NCBI GenBank assembly: GCA_022824615.1
Contig: JAJDZM010000225.1
Coordinates: 1-59,474, forward strand
Length of the DNA stretch: 59,474 nucleotides
From: Candidatus Binatia bacterium
Lineage (GTDB): Bacteria > Desulfobacterota > Binatia > Bin18
Reading direction: 5' to 3'
The position numbers were made by a program, and so were the translations under genes. The notes beneath the pieces are model-generated. The model saw nothing but the letters and a program-made list of their open reading frames with translations. It searched no databases and was not told the origin of the DNA. Below are positions 18,902 through 28,629 of the stretch, in pieces. Position 1 is the first letter of the stretch. The number at the start of each line of letters is the position of its first letter.

Positions 18902-20311
18902 TCATGAGCCGTCACCGCCGAGAAGTATTTGCACCTCGCGCGCGGTGCGGAGGCCACTCTCTATCGCGCCGTCGATAAACTCGTGCCAGCCGTTGGCGGT
19001 GATTGAGCCCCCGAAGAAGAGACGGCCTTCAGGCTGCTGCAGAGCCGGCAAGCGGCTGAGTTGTCCAACGCGGTACGCGGGCCATGCGCCGCGTGCAAAA
19101 GGATCTGCTGCCCAGTCGTAGCCGCGTGTGTCGATCACGTCGACGTCGCCGAACAGGCGGCGCACTTCGGCGGTGATTTGCGCTTTATCGTCCACATCGA
19201 TGGTCGATGCGCGGGCCACGGTGATAGAGAGAATCGTGCCGATGTCATCGCCGTAAGTGAGCGTTTGCACCCAGTTGAGCGGCTGCGCTTCGTCGCAGAA
19301 CGCAAATACGCGGCCCAGGTTCTCGCGCACGTGCACGAACAACTTCGCCCCTTTCGAGATCATGCCCTCGTTGATCCAGTTTTGCTTTGCGAGCGAGAGG
19401 GCGGGATCGAAATCAACGTCGGTATAGCAATTGAGTGGTAAGGTAATAACGGCAGCTTTGGCACTGACCGCGTTTCCGTCCCGGGTATGAAGACGAACCG
19501 CACCGATGTTGTGTTCGATGCGTTCAACCGCGGCGTTCAGGCGTACCTTGCAGCTGCTATCCTCAATGAGGCAGGTGATGAGACCAAGGGTGCCAGATTC
19601 TATGCGATAGTGGGTTTCGGCGTCGGCGAAGGCGTCGTAATTCCAGCCGCCGGCGGCGTAGAGCTTGAGCATGCCGGGCAGGCCAAATTGTGAGGTGACA
19701 GCACCGCCATATAAAGTCATGAAGGAATTGAGTTGGATACGCTGCGTGTCGGTGAGATCCAGTTCCGCAATGCGATCGGCGCACGAGAGTTCGTCGAGTT
19801 CCAGAACCTTCGGGTTATAGAGCGGCTCGTACGGCCGCGGGAACAGTTGCCACACGTCATGGCAGAATTTCTCGAAACCGTCGCGAATGTCCCTGAGGAA
19901 TTGATCCGGTGGAACAACGCTTGCCACGCCGTCGTTGCCCATCACGCGGGTCTCGTCAAGGCCGGTAAACGGATCTTCGATTACACCGAGACCGTAGCGG
20001 CGCATTTCCGCCCACACGTGCGGTTGCAGCCAGTGCACCCACGCGCCGCCAAGTTCGACCGGCCGACCCGCAAACTCCGCGGTGTACGTACGCCCGCCGA
20101 GTCGATCGCGCGCCTCGAGGAGAACCACGCGCAATCCTGCCTGACCAAGTTCGCGGGCCGCTGTCGCGCCGGCAAAGCCACCGCCAACGATGGCGACGTC
20201 GAAGTCCGTGTCCTTACGGTCCGCGGTGGTTGCGAGCGAACTGTCTGCTGCGTCAGGCGAGGTGGAGGCTTCAGGCCGCCGGTGTGGACCGGGTGTCCAC
20301 TTCGTGCTCAC
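18902..20311 (-). CDS. Flavin amine oxidase, close homolog of nicotine oxidoreductase NicA2
   Basis: GGGFAG and EARDRLGGRT FAD motifs. Segments GGAWVHWLQPHVWAEM.RYGL, GGWNYDAF..ETHYRI, NLGRVFAF.DE.QPLNWVQT and GTILSIT match NicA2 as I recall it. Confidence 0.85.
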   Translation of the reverse strand: MSTKWTPGPHRRPEASTSPDAADSSLATTADRKDTDFDVAIVGGGFAGATAARELGQAGLRVVLLEARDRLGGRTYTAEFAGRPVELGGAWVHWLQPHVWAEMRRYGLGVIEDPFTGLDETRVMGNDGVASVVPPDQFLRDIRDGFEKFCHDVWQLFPRPYEPLYNPKVLELDELSCADRIAELDLTDTQRIQLNSFMTLYGGAVTSQFGLPGMLKLYAAGGWNYDAFADAETHYRIESGTLGLITCLIEDSSCKVRLNAAVERIEHNIGAVRLHTRDGNAVSAKAAVITLPLNCYTDVDFDPALSLAKQNWINEGMISKGAKLFVHVRENLGRVFAFCDEAQPLNWVQTLTYGDDIGTILSITVARASTIDVDDKAQITAEVRRLFGDVDVIDTRGYDWAADPFARGAWPAYRVGQLSRLPALQQPEGRLFFGGSITANGWHEFIDGAIESGLRTAREVQILLGGDGS

Positions 20312-20369
20312 TGCTACTCCCGTTCGTCGATTATGTCCTCAACATGGAGCAGTTCCGTATTGCGGCAGG

Positions 20370-20891
20370 TCAGACTGGTCTATCCCCCACTCCGCCCTGA
20401 AAATCGCCTAGAGACAAGGTAAAGCGCTCCTGCATCCGAATATCATCCTCCGTCCCCATGTCTCGGGTCATGCAGCAATACTCCAGGGAAATATTGTTGG
20501 GATCTCTGAAGTAGATGGATTGAGCGGCATCGTGATGCACGATGTTCGAGACCTGCACCCCTTTGGCCAGGAGTTCCGCACGCTTCGCTTCCAGGGCTGC
20601 GACCGACCCGGCTTCAAAGGCAAAATGATAAAACGCGCTGGGCACCCCCAGTCCTTGATTGATACCCGCGTCGTACTCCGCAGGAATCCCCGGAACTCCT
20701 TGCGCTTCCATAAAGGCCAAGAGCTGGTCGCGGCCGATATGAAAGAACACATGCCGAATCTGCCCGCCTTCCTTGATCCTGAGCATATCACAGCGCACCG
20801 GCGTGAACCCCAGTACGTTTTCGTAGAAGTCGCACGTTTTGTCCAAGTCCAGGGTTGACAGTCCGATGTGGGAGAAACCCTTGTGTGACAT
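20370..20891 (-). CDS. VOC/glyoxalase family protein
   Basis: FSHIGL..., FYENVLG, HFAF and SIYFRDPNNISLE motifs; start at ATG 20891. Confidence 0.85.
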   Translation of the reverse strand: MSHKGFSHIGLSTLDLDKTCDFYENVLGFTPVRCDMLRIKEGGQIRHVFFHIGRDQLLAFMEAQGVPGIPAEYDAGINQGLGVPSAFYHFAFEAGSVAALEAKRAELLAKGVQVSNIVHHDAAQSIYFRDPNNISLEYCCMTRDMGTEDDIRMQERFTLSLGDFQGGVGDRPV

Positions 20892-20964
20892 ATCGAATCC
20901 TCCTTGTTGGATGGTCTTTCTATAGCTCAGCCGCACGTTCTTTACCAACACTACCCCAGTGAAA

Positions 20965-21310
20965 GCAGCTACGAGGCAAGGGGCCGGGCCGGATGGCGAC
21001 CGACGAAATCATGGCGCTCACTCGGGGGCCGCGCCCGTGAACGCCGTTCTGGTGGATAGCAAGGCCGATTGAAGACCTGGATGAGGCCCTCCCACCCGCG
21101 GTGTTTTGACGCGTCCCCTTGCCCTGGGAAGCCGCTTTTCTGGCCGGGAAGAGTTTTCTTGCCTATCGGAAACGAGGCGGCCGAAAGCGCTCCCCTTTAC
21201 CGGACTTCTATATTGGAGCCCACGCTGCGGTCGCAGGGATGCCTTTGCTCACCAGAGACGTGGCTCGCTTTCAGACAAGTTTTCCCACTGTCCAACTGAT
21301 CGCTCCCTAA
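20965..21310 (+). pseudogene. Decayed vapBC-type toxin-antitoxin locus (antitoxin tail plus broken PIN toxin)
   Basis: ...LRGKGPGRMATDEIMALTRG antitoxin-like tail overlaps GTG 21037 (VNAVLVDS). A deletion/frameshift and an in-frame TGA follow, then a PIN C-terminus WEAAFLAGK...PLPDFYIGAHA...LLTRD. Confidence 0.75.
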
Positions 21311-21413
21311 GTAAGAACGTGTGGACAATTCGGGTCGGGCCTGATTAAGTAACCCGGTTGTGGAGGGGAGGAGGCGTCCGAGTACGAAAACCTTGCGTAA
21401 GGAGGAAAGATTC

Positions 21414-22199
21414 TTGGCAAACTGGACTGAACAGAAGGCCCATATAGCTGAAGCTGAATTAACGCTCATTAAGGGCGGAGCAGGTAAACCCTTGTTAATG
21501 CTGCATGATGAGCTGGGATTCCCTGGTTGGGTGAAATGGAATGACGAGCTTGCGGCGGAGCACGCCTTTGTGATTCCGCTCCAGCCGGGTTTTGGCAAAA
21601 CCCCACGTCTGGGGTGGGTTCGGAGTTTCCGCGACCTGGCCGGCCTGTATAGCATGGCGGTTAGAGAAATGGGGCTCGACCCGGTGGACGTCATTGCATT
21701 CTCAGCCGGTGGATTCATTGCCGCTGAAATGGTCGCGGCCGATCCCAAGATTTTTGACCATTTGATTCTGGTGGGCCCGATGGGGCTCAAGCCCGAGAAG
21801 GGCGAAATCTGGGATATCTTCCCGGTGACGATTCGGACCCATTTGCGGCGAACAGTAGCGGACCCTGGTACTGCTGAGTTCGGAAACATTTACGGTGGCG
21901 AGATGACGCCGGAGCAATTCGAGGCGTTCGAAGATGCCCGAGCAGAAAGCGCGCGCATCGGCTGGGAGCCATATATGCATAATCCCAGCCTGCCCTATCT
22001 GTTGCGTGGCGTGAAAAACGTGCCCACCCTCCTGATCCGCGGCTCCGAAGACCAGATCGTGCCAGCGGGCTGCATTGCCACCTATACCAAAGCCATTGAC
22101 GGGGCCAAGGCGGTGGAAATGGCCAATGTCGGCCATCGTCCGGAAATCGAGAATTCCGTCGAATTTGTCAAAATCGTGCAAGACTTCCTGAAAGAGTAA
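21414..22199 (+). CDS. Alpha/beta fold hydrolase
   Basis: LLMLH, PGFG, AFSAGG elbow, GSEDQIVP and GHRPE motifs; TTG start after AAGGAGG. Confidence 0.85.
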   Translation: MANWTEQKAHIAEAELTLIKGGAGKPLLMLHDELGFPGWVKWNDELAAEHAFVIPLQPGFGKTPRLGWVRSFRDLAGLYSMAVREMGLDPVDVIAFSAGGFIAAEMVAADPKIFDHLILVGPMGLKPEKGEIWDIFPVTIRTHLRRTVADPGTAEFGNIYGGEMTPEQFEAFEDARAESARIGWEPYMHNPSLPYLLRGVKNVPTLLIRGSEDQIVPAGCIATYTKAIDGAKAVEMANVGHRPEIENSVEFVKIVQDFLKE

Positions 22200-22289
22200 C
22201 CGTGTCAACATCTGTCTATTTATTGGGGGACACGTTTACTCTTTGTGTCGTAATGGCGTAGGACGTGTTCGTCTGAAGGAGCAGGCCTT

Positions 22290-23624
22290 ATGCAAATTTC
22301 ATATTTCACCGAACGGCCCTATCGTGGTCTGAACGAGGACGAGATACTCAAGAATAAAGCCTACTTCGCTGTGCCCAACGCTCTGTTCGACCGTGAGCAG
22401 GCGGCGAACGATTACAATTATTATCTTGACGAATATTGCTATGCCGAAGAGCTGGGTTTCGATGCCGTTGCGCTCAACGAGCACCACGGCAACCCCTTCT
22501 GCATGGGCAGCGTCATGAATGTCGAAGCTTCCATTCTGGCCCGTATTACCAACAAGGTTCGCATTGTCCTGATCGGTAATCCGTTACCGGTGCTAAAGCA
22601 TCCGCTGCGGATGGCCGAAGAGCTGGCCGAGATTGATCTGATCTCGCGCGGGCGTCTCGTTACCGGCTGGGTGCGTGGGGCGGGCAGCGAGCAGTTCTTC
22701 AATAACGCCAACCCGGCCTATAACCGGGAGATGTTTAACGAGGCCCACGATTTTATCGTGCAGGCCTGGACCAAGCCCGGTCCGTGGCGCTACGAGGGCA
22801 AGCATTTTCACTACCGGCATGTGAACCCTTGGGCGTTGCCCTACCAGAAACCGCATCCCCCGATGTGGATTCCCGGTGTGTTGAGTCCGGAGACGGCCCG
22901 CTGGTGTGCGGAACACCGCTACCCCTATCTGGGTCTGGGCACGGCCTTGGGGCCAACCTGCGATCTGTGGGATTTCTATGCGGATGAAGCCGCTAAGCAC
23001 GGCTATCAGGCCGGTCCGGAAAACTTTGGCTATCTGATCCCGACCTTTCTAGCCGAGACGGAAGAGAAGGCCCAGGAAATCGGCAAGAATTTTGTGTTCG
23101 GTGGTGGCCAGAACGCCTTTTCCCGTCCCGAGCATACCCTGCCGCCAGGCTATAACTCCAAGGGGGCGATCCGCATGCTGGCCAAACATCCGGGCGGGAG
23201 CTGGCTGGGCGTCAGCCCCGAGAAGCTGCGCGCCCACTCGGACGGCGGTCGGCCCGACACCACCGACTTTGATACTGTCCGTCAGAAACTGCTCAAGGGC
23301 TACGGCAAGGCGCAGAAGAACCTCCAACTCCTCATCGGCACCCCGGAGTCCGTCCTGCCCAAAGCCAAGACTTTGCTGCGGGTGCTGCGACCGAGCATTT
23401 TTGTCTTCTTCAATATCCAGGGGCCGGTCGGTGACGAGGATCGCAAAACGAGCATGCGTCTGATTGCCCAGGAATTGACCCCGCAACTGCGGGAATACGC
23501 CAAGGAAATCGATCTGGTCGATCCGTTTGAACGGACCCCCGGCTCGGTGGCCTATCGCAACGGGGTGACGCGCGACCCGGTCGTGGACCGCGAACCGCTG
23601 GCTGCGTTGGGCATGGCCGGCTAG
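22290..23624 (+). CDS. Luciferase-like (LLM) flavin-dependent oxidoreductase
   Basis: AEELGFD..LNEHH, PLRMAEELAEIDLISRGRL and PYQKPHPP motifs. Confidence 0.9.
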   Translation: MQISYFTERPYRGLNEDEILKNKAYFAVPNALFDREQAANDYNYYLDEYCYAEELGFDAVALNEHHGNPFCMGSVMNVEASILARITNKVRIVLIGNPLPVLKHPLRMAEELAEIDLISRGRLVTGWVRGAGSEQFFNNANPAYNREMFNEAHDFIVQAWTKPGPWRYEGKHFHYRHVNPWALPYQKPHPPMWIPGVLSPETARWCAEHRYPYLGLGTALGPTCDLWDFYADEAAKHGYQAGPENFGYLIPTFLAETEEKAQEIGKNFVFGGGQNAFSRPEHTLPPGYNSKGAIRMLAKHPGGSWLGVSPEKLRAHSDGGRPDTTDFDTVRQKLLKGYGKAQKNLQLLIGTPESVLPKAKTLLRVLRPSIFVFFNIQGPVGDEDRKTSMRLIAQELTPQLREYAKEIDLVDPFERTPGSVAYRNGVTRDPVVDREPLAALGMAG

Positions 23625-23665
23625 GTCGCACATACGGGCCGGGTGTCGTTTGTGTTGACCGGCGG

Positions 23666-23693
23666 AAAGGGTGGTCGTGAGGCCGCCCTTTTT
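23666..23693 (+). terminator. Rho-independent terminator
   Basis: AAAGGGTGGTC-gtga-GGCCGCCCTTTTT. Confidence 0.7.
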
Positions 23694-23763
23694 GTTGTGC
23701 GCAGAACCGCGGTAGGATGTCCGCAGGAGAAACGTTACTTCCAGACTGAGGGGGACGCGCACG

Positions 23764-24795
23764 ATGAGTGATGCTCACGAACATGATACTGGCGCGGCCT
23801 TTCAGCAGCGCCAGTTGACACCCGACCGGAACCGTGAACGCGAGATTCAGGTCAAGGCGATCGAAGCCCTGCTTGCCGAGAAAAATTTTGTTTCCACCGC
23901 ACTGCTCGATACCGTTCTGGACTCGTATGAAAACGATATCGGACCGTTGAACGGCTGTCGGGTCGTTGCCCGGGCCTGGACGGACCCCGCCTATAAGGCC
24001 CGTCTGCTTGAGAATGGCACCGCCGCCATAGCCGAGCTGGGCTTTGGCGGCTTGCAGGGTGAGCATCTGGTTGTGGTGGAGAATACGCCCCGGACGCATA
24101 ATGTGATCGTCTGCGCGTTATGCTCGTGCTACCCCTGGCCGGTTCTGGGTCTGCCGCCGTTTTGGTATAAGAGCCAGTCGTATCGCTCCAGGGTCACCGG
24201 CCGGCCTCGTGAAGTGCTCCGGGAGTTTGGGCTTGAACTGGACGAAAACATCCAGATTCAGGTCTGGAACAGTACCTTTCAGACCCGCTATATGATCCTG
24301 CCGGAGCGGCCGTCCGGTACGGAGCAGATGACGCTCGATGAACTCGTATCCATTGTTACGCGGGATGCGATGATCGGGGTGGCGCGGGTCGAGCCTGAGA
24401 AAAAACAGCCGTCCGGCCTTTCTCAGAGACAGGTGTCTGATATGCAGGGCCCTGCCGCTCTGCCCCGACGGAGTGGCGAACTCCAGTTCCAGGACCCTTG
24501 GGAAGGCATTGCTTTTGCCCTGGCGGTCGCCCTATGCGAACAGGGTCTGTATGCCTGGTCCGAGTTTCAAGAGGGCTTGATTGCCGAGGTTGCCAGCGCG
24601 GACCGGCAGGCACCTGAGACGCGACCAACGTATTATGAAAGCTGGATGGCCGCCTTTGAAAAGCTGCTCGACGCTAAAAACATACTGGCGCAGACCGCAA
24701 TCAATCGCCATGTCCGGCAGATCAAACAGAGCCTCTCTCTGCGCCGCACCCGTCTACCGTTTGGCATCCGGCCCTGGCCGGATGATGAAGGTTAG
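23764..24795 (+). CDS. nthA: Nitrile hydratase alpha subunit fused to an NHase accessory/activator (P14K/NhlE-like) domain
   Basis: Residues ~1-210: [36 protein letters not shown] and VTRDAMIG. Residues ~225-320: [25 protein letters not shown]...[13 protein letters not shown]. The frame is continuous. Confidence 0.85.
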   Translation: MSDAHEHDTGAAFQQRQLTPDRNREREIQVKAIEALLAEKNFVSTALLDTVLDSYENDIGPLNGCRVVARAWTDPAYKARLLENGTAAIAELGFGGLQGEHLVVVENTPRTHNVIVCALCSCYPWPVLGLPPFWYKSQSYRSRVTGRPREVLREFGLELDENIQIQVWNSTFQTRYMILPERPSGTEQMTLDELVSIVTRDAMIGVARVEPEKKQPSGLSQRQVSDMQGPAALPRRSGELQFQDPWEGIAFALAVALCEQGLYAWSEFQEGLIAEVASADRQAPETRPTYYESWMAAFEKLLDAKNILAQTAINRHVRQIKQSLSLRRTRLPFGIRPWPDDEG

Positions 24796-24874
24796 GGGTT
24801 GGGATTGGGAGATGGGGGTTGGGGACACGGCACGGTAAACCATCCTGGCGCCGGCTGGGCAAGCTGCCTCCGCT

Positions 24875-24892
24875 TCCCCTCCCAAGAGGGGA
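24875..24892. repeat. Second REP-like palindrome family, partial copy
   Basis: TCCCCTCCCAAGAGGGGA; its reverse complement matches 53721..53737 over 17 bp. Confidence 0.5.
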
Positions 24893-24919
24893 TGGACACC
24901 CCGGCGTGCACCGTCCTTA

Positions 24920-26158
24920 TCAGCCGTCTCCCGGTGGTGGACCGGCGATAATTTTTTGGCCTTCCAAGTCCGCTAGTTTCTCTGAATCCAGTCCCAGGAC
25001 TTCCTTGAGAACAAGATAGGTGTGCTCACCGGGATGGGGAGCGCTGGGCAGGTCGGAGGGTTCCAGGTCGCGGGCTTCGATCACCGGGCCGGGCACCCAG
25101 ATCGAACCGAGATCGGGGTCGTCAACATGGTGGAAGCAGGGCAGGCCCCGAGCGTGCTGTTCCGCTTCGATACTGTCCCGACACGGTTCGACCACCAGCC
25201 CGGCCTGGCCCAGAGTCTTGAGTACCTCTTCCTGCGACCGGGCCGCAATCCAGTCGGCAATCTGTTGTTTAATCGTATCGACCCGCTCATAGCGGGCATG
25301 GTCGCCGTGAATCTCGTGGCCCTGCTCATCGAGAGCGAGGTTGCGCAGGCCGGTGGCTTCGCGCAGCCGACGTAAAACCGAATCGCCAATCAGATTCAGG
25401 GTAACGAACTTACCGTCTCGAGCGCAGTAATGGCCATGAACGGCATCCAGTAGATTGTCGCCGATCGGTTCCCGGCCCTCGCCGGTTGTCTCAGCCTGGG
25501 CATACCAGCCCAGCTCTGCCAGGGTTTGAAACGCGACCTGTTCCAGCGCGATCTGATAGCAGTCGCCCCGCCCGGTTTCCGCCAGACGGCGCAGGGCGAC
25601 GTGGAAGGCGTTCAGGCCATGCAATCCGGTGAGCATATCGAAAAACGCCACTGGAATAGTGAGCGGTCTGCCGTGCGGCTCGCCGGTAGCATGCGCTAAC
25701 CCGGTTGCCCCTTGCATGGAGTAATCGTTGGCCGCCCGTCCGTCGTGCCCACCGTCGAACTGGATTTTAATGACGGACGGCCCGCAGTGCTCGACCAGAT
25801 GCGTGTAGTCGAGCCAGGGCGCCATGCGCGGGGGCCAGTTGCTGATCAGTACATGGGTTTCTCGAATGAGGTCGAGCACGAGCCGTCTGCCCGCCTCCTG
25901 ACGAAAGTCGATGGCCACCGCCTGCATACCGCGGTGCAGCATCTGCCAGGGGATGCTGACACCGGCCCGATTCAGGGGGCCACGCTCCCGGTCGGGCAGC
26001 CCGCGGCCATGATGCGCTCCCATAATGGGCTCGACCAGAATGACGCGCACGCCGAGTCGCATCAATTCGAGCAGCATCTTGTTCGGAGCGACAAACAGCC
26101 CAATGGCTACAACGGTAATCTCCTCGCCGTCTATGCTGTAGCGTAATTGGAAGGACAC
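24920..26158 (-). CDS. Family III CoA-transferase, divergent mesaconyl-CoA C1-C4 transferase (Mct)-like
   Basis: AVAIDFR, ISNWPPR, DGRAANDYSM, FDMLTG, TGRGD and APHPGEHT motifs; GGAGG RBS. Confidence 0.75.
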   Translation of the reverse strand: MSFQLRYSIDGEEITVVAIGLFVAPNKMLLELMRLGVRVILVEPIMGAHHGRGLPDRERGPLNRAGVSIPWQMLHRGMQAVAIDFRQEAGRRLVLDLIRETHVLISNWPPRMAPWLDYTHLVEHCGPSVIKIQFDGGHDGRAANDYSMQGATGLAHATGEPHGRPLTIPVAFFDMLTGLHGLNAFHVALRRLAETGRGDCYQIALEQVAFQTLAELGWYAQAETTGEGREPIGDNLLDAVHGHYCARDGKFVTLNLIGDSVLRRLREATGLRNLALDEQGHEIHGDHARYERVDTIKQQIADWIAARSQEEVLKTLGQAGLVVEPCRDSIEAEQHARGLPCFHHVDDPDLGSIWVPGPVIEARDLEPSDLPSAPHPGEHTYLVLKEVLGLDSEKLADLEGQKIIAGPPPGDG

Positions 26159-26210
26159 GCTTCACCTCCTCTATCACATCAATGATACCACAGCACCGCA
26201 CTGGCAGGCG

Positions 26211-26239
26211 ATTATTCTAGGGGGGTGTCTGGCTGTCAA
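26211..26239 (-). promoter_or_regulatory. Sigma70-type promoter for the CoA-transferase
   Basis: TTGACA-N17-AATAAT on the minus strand. Confidence 0.5.
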
Positions 26240-26332
26240 GCGTAATTTGCCAAGTGAGAGGGCCACGCTTGAACTCTTACCAATGCTCATATTAAATCGC
26301 GGGCTGCCAACGTCTCCGAGAGGTAGGGAAAT

Positions 26333-26542
26333 ATGGACGAAACAAGAACGCCCCAATTTAGCGATTTAGTTGAAAAGCAGTTAAGTTCCGATGAAAACTC
26401 GCGCGAGCTATGGAGACCCATAGCCGATGAGTTTAATAGGGGCGGGGGTGGACCTGATGCTGCCAAGGAATACCTTGACGCCGAGGCGCAACGGCTCCTG
26501 GAACGTGTAGAGAAATTACTTGGTCAAGTTGAAGGAGGGTGA
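26333..26542 (+). CDS. Small acidic helical protein, first gene of the SMC cassette
   Basis: 69 aa with RBS; stop overlaps the next start (GTGA). Confidence 0.7.
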   Translation: MDETRTPQFSDLVEKQLSSDENSRELWRPIADEFNRGGGGPDAAKEYLDAEAQRLLERVEKLLGQVEGG

Positions 26543-28629
26543 AGCCAGTGGCAAGCGGGTTCCGTATCCAGAAGATTGCAATTGAAGGATTCAAGGGATT
26601 CACGACACGCCAGGAGATTGGTCTTGACGAGTGTCATGCCTTTTTGCTGGGACAAAATGGCAATGGGAAGTCAAGCATAGTTGAAGCCATTCGCTGGGGA
26701 CTCTTTGGTTCTATAAGAAGGCGGAATGAAATCGTGGCGAATCGGGATTATTCAGGCCGCTGCCACGTTGAGATTACGCTCGTGCGTGAAGGGAAGGTCT
26801 GGCATCTTCGTCGCACTTTGATAAAGGGCAGCAGTGGTGGGAGTGATGCTGAGCTTACCGATGACCAAGGTGGGGAACATCCTATTCGGAACATTATGCC
26901 CCAATTGGACTCTGCGGAGGCGGGTGAAGGGATGCACATCATTTTTGCGCCTCAATCCACTCCGCTCCGTCGTCAGCCTGAAGACCTCAGTCCATTTGAA
27001 AGGACTGTTTTTAACCACCTGGGGCTTGCCCACCCCCGAGCCTTGTTGAGCCAACTGGACGGTTTCCTAGAGACACAGGAATTTGGGGAGACGAATCTAG
27101 CAGATAAGCTCACTGAGGCTCGCCGGAATATCGACGGAGACATTAGCCAGCTAGAGCACCAAAGAGACGATATCGTCGGTTCGCCACCCTGGGGGAGCAG
27201 TCCTGCACCCTCAATTGCAGAGTCCGAGAACAAAGTGCGAGAGATTATCAAAAAAACCACTGGCAACCCACCTGACGAGGCTTTTTCAGGGCTATCGCTA
27301 GGTGCCCTGATTGACGAAGCGGAAGATGTTCTGGAAAACAGACGATCCCAAGACCTAGGCGAACTTGAAAAAGAGATGGAAGAGATTGTCGAACGCCGGG
27401 AGCGTCTGGAAGAATTTCTAGGAATTCAAGAGGAAATCGAAACGCAGCAGTCCAGAGTCCGAGACAAACAATCGGAACTTGACGACACATTGGAGGATAT
27501 GAGCCTCGACGAACTCCAGAATAGAGTCAAAGAAAAACGGGCGGCGGTAGATGCTGAAGACTTGAGGCGTCAGATAGCCGAAACAGCGACTGACTGGCTA
27601 CATCGTAACGAGGAGAACTCGGTATCTTGTCCTGTTTGCGAAACAACACACTCCAGGAAAGATTTGGCGGTGCTCCTTCAACAGATCATTGATAAACCGT
27701 CCGACGCGACAACTTCAGAGCTAAACCAACTCGAAGCCAAACTCAAACAAGTCGAAGACCTTAAACGTGAGGTTCAGAGCTTCAAGGGCGATCTTGATAA
27801 GCTGGAGCAAGAGGCGGAGACGATCAAGGCACATATTGATTCAGACGATACGAAAGAACTCCCTGAAAGGATTAAGGAATGTTCAGACCATGAGGCTTCA
27901 ATCAAAGAACAGATTGACGGGAGCGAGGACCGACTTAATGAAATAGGACGCCGGCTTTCCAATCTGAGGGAGGAAGACAGATTCCATGACATCAGAAAGC
28001 GGCTTGCGAGTATTAAGCAATCCAGAAAGCGATTTGAGGGTGTCGAGAAAGCATATCAAGACCTTGTTGCATTCGGTGAATCAGTTCGGTCAATACGGCA
28101 AGCGGTTGAGATTTGTCTAAGAGAGCGACTTGAGAACGATATTCCTCAAGTATCTGATAATCTTTCAAAAGTCTTTGCATCCCTCACTCGCCATCCGTGG
28201 TATGATCGACTGGCCATTGTAAAAGACAAATTGCCAAAGCTGGAGTTACAGGTGGCGAGTAGTCACGACCCTTCTGGTCGCGGATATCCCACCGATGTAC
28301 TGAACGGACAGTCCGAGAGTGCGTTAGAACTTGTCCCGTACTTCGCGTTCAGCCAGACGGACGATGCGCCTACCGAGGTGTATTTAGTCCTGTTGGACGA
28401 TCCCACGCGAGCGTTTGACGAAGAGCATACCGAGATATTGGTCGAACGCTTAGCCGAGTTGGGGAATCATGTACAACTCGTAGTTGCATCGCAGGAGACA
28501 TCTCGCTTTCGCTCGCTATTGCCGAAGAATTTCCAACCGGCCGACTATGTTATCGTTGAACCTAACCAGTGGACGCATTCCGACGGCCCGCAACTAACGA
28601 TTGAGCGTGATGAGTCGTGCCAGACCTGA
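26539..28629 (+). CDS. Rad50/SbcC/SMC-like ABC ATPase with zinc hook
   Basis: IEGFKGF, Walker A GQNGNGKSS, long coiled coils, central CPVC hook, Walker B/D-loop VLLDDPTRAFD. Confidence 0.88.
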   Translation: MKPVASGFRIQKIAIEGFKGFTTRQEIGLDECHAFLLGQNGNGKSSIVEAIRWGLFGSIRRRNEIVANRDYSGRCHVEITLVREGKVWHLRRTLIKGSSGGSDAELTDDQGGEHPIRNIMPQLDSAEAGEGMHIIFAPQSTPLRRQPEDLSPFERTVFNHLGLAHPRALLSQLDGFLETQEFGETNLADKLTEARRNIDGDISQLEHQRDDIVGSPPWGSSPAPSIAESENKVREIIKKTTGNPPDEAFSGLSLGALIDEAEDVLENRRSQDLGELEKEMEEIVERRERLEEFLGIQEEIETQQSRVRDKQSELDDTLEDMSLDELQNRVKEKRAAVDAEDLRRQIAETATDWLHRNEENSVSCPVCETTHSRKDLAVLLQQIIDKPSDATTSELNQLEAKLKQVEDLKREVQSFKGDLDKLEQEAETIKAHIDSDDTKELPERIKECSDHEASIKEQIDGSEDRLNEIGRRLSNLREEDRFHDIRKRLASIKQSRKRFEGVEKAYQDLVAFGESVRSIRQAVEICLRERLENDIPQVSDNLSKVFASLTRHPWYDRLAIVKDKLPKLELQVASSHDPSGRGYPTDVLNGQSESALELVPYFAFSQTDDAPTEVYLVLLDDPTRAFDEEHTEILVERLAELGNHVQLVVASQETSRFRSLLPKNFQPADYVIVEPNQWTHSDGPQLTIERDESCQT

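Noticed and set aside
20941-20960. Possible IS-end remnant (CACTACCC)
   Set aside because: Only about 8 bp match the IS repeat and there is no partner end.
26539-28629. Housekeeping sbcC, recN or smc
   Set aside because: No sbcD or scpAB is adjacent, the signature motif is non-canonical, and the gene lies in a low-GC cassette with a nuclease.
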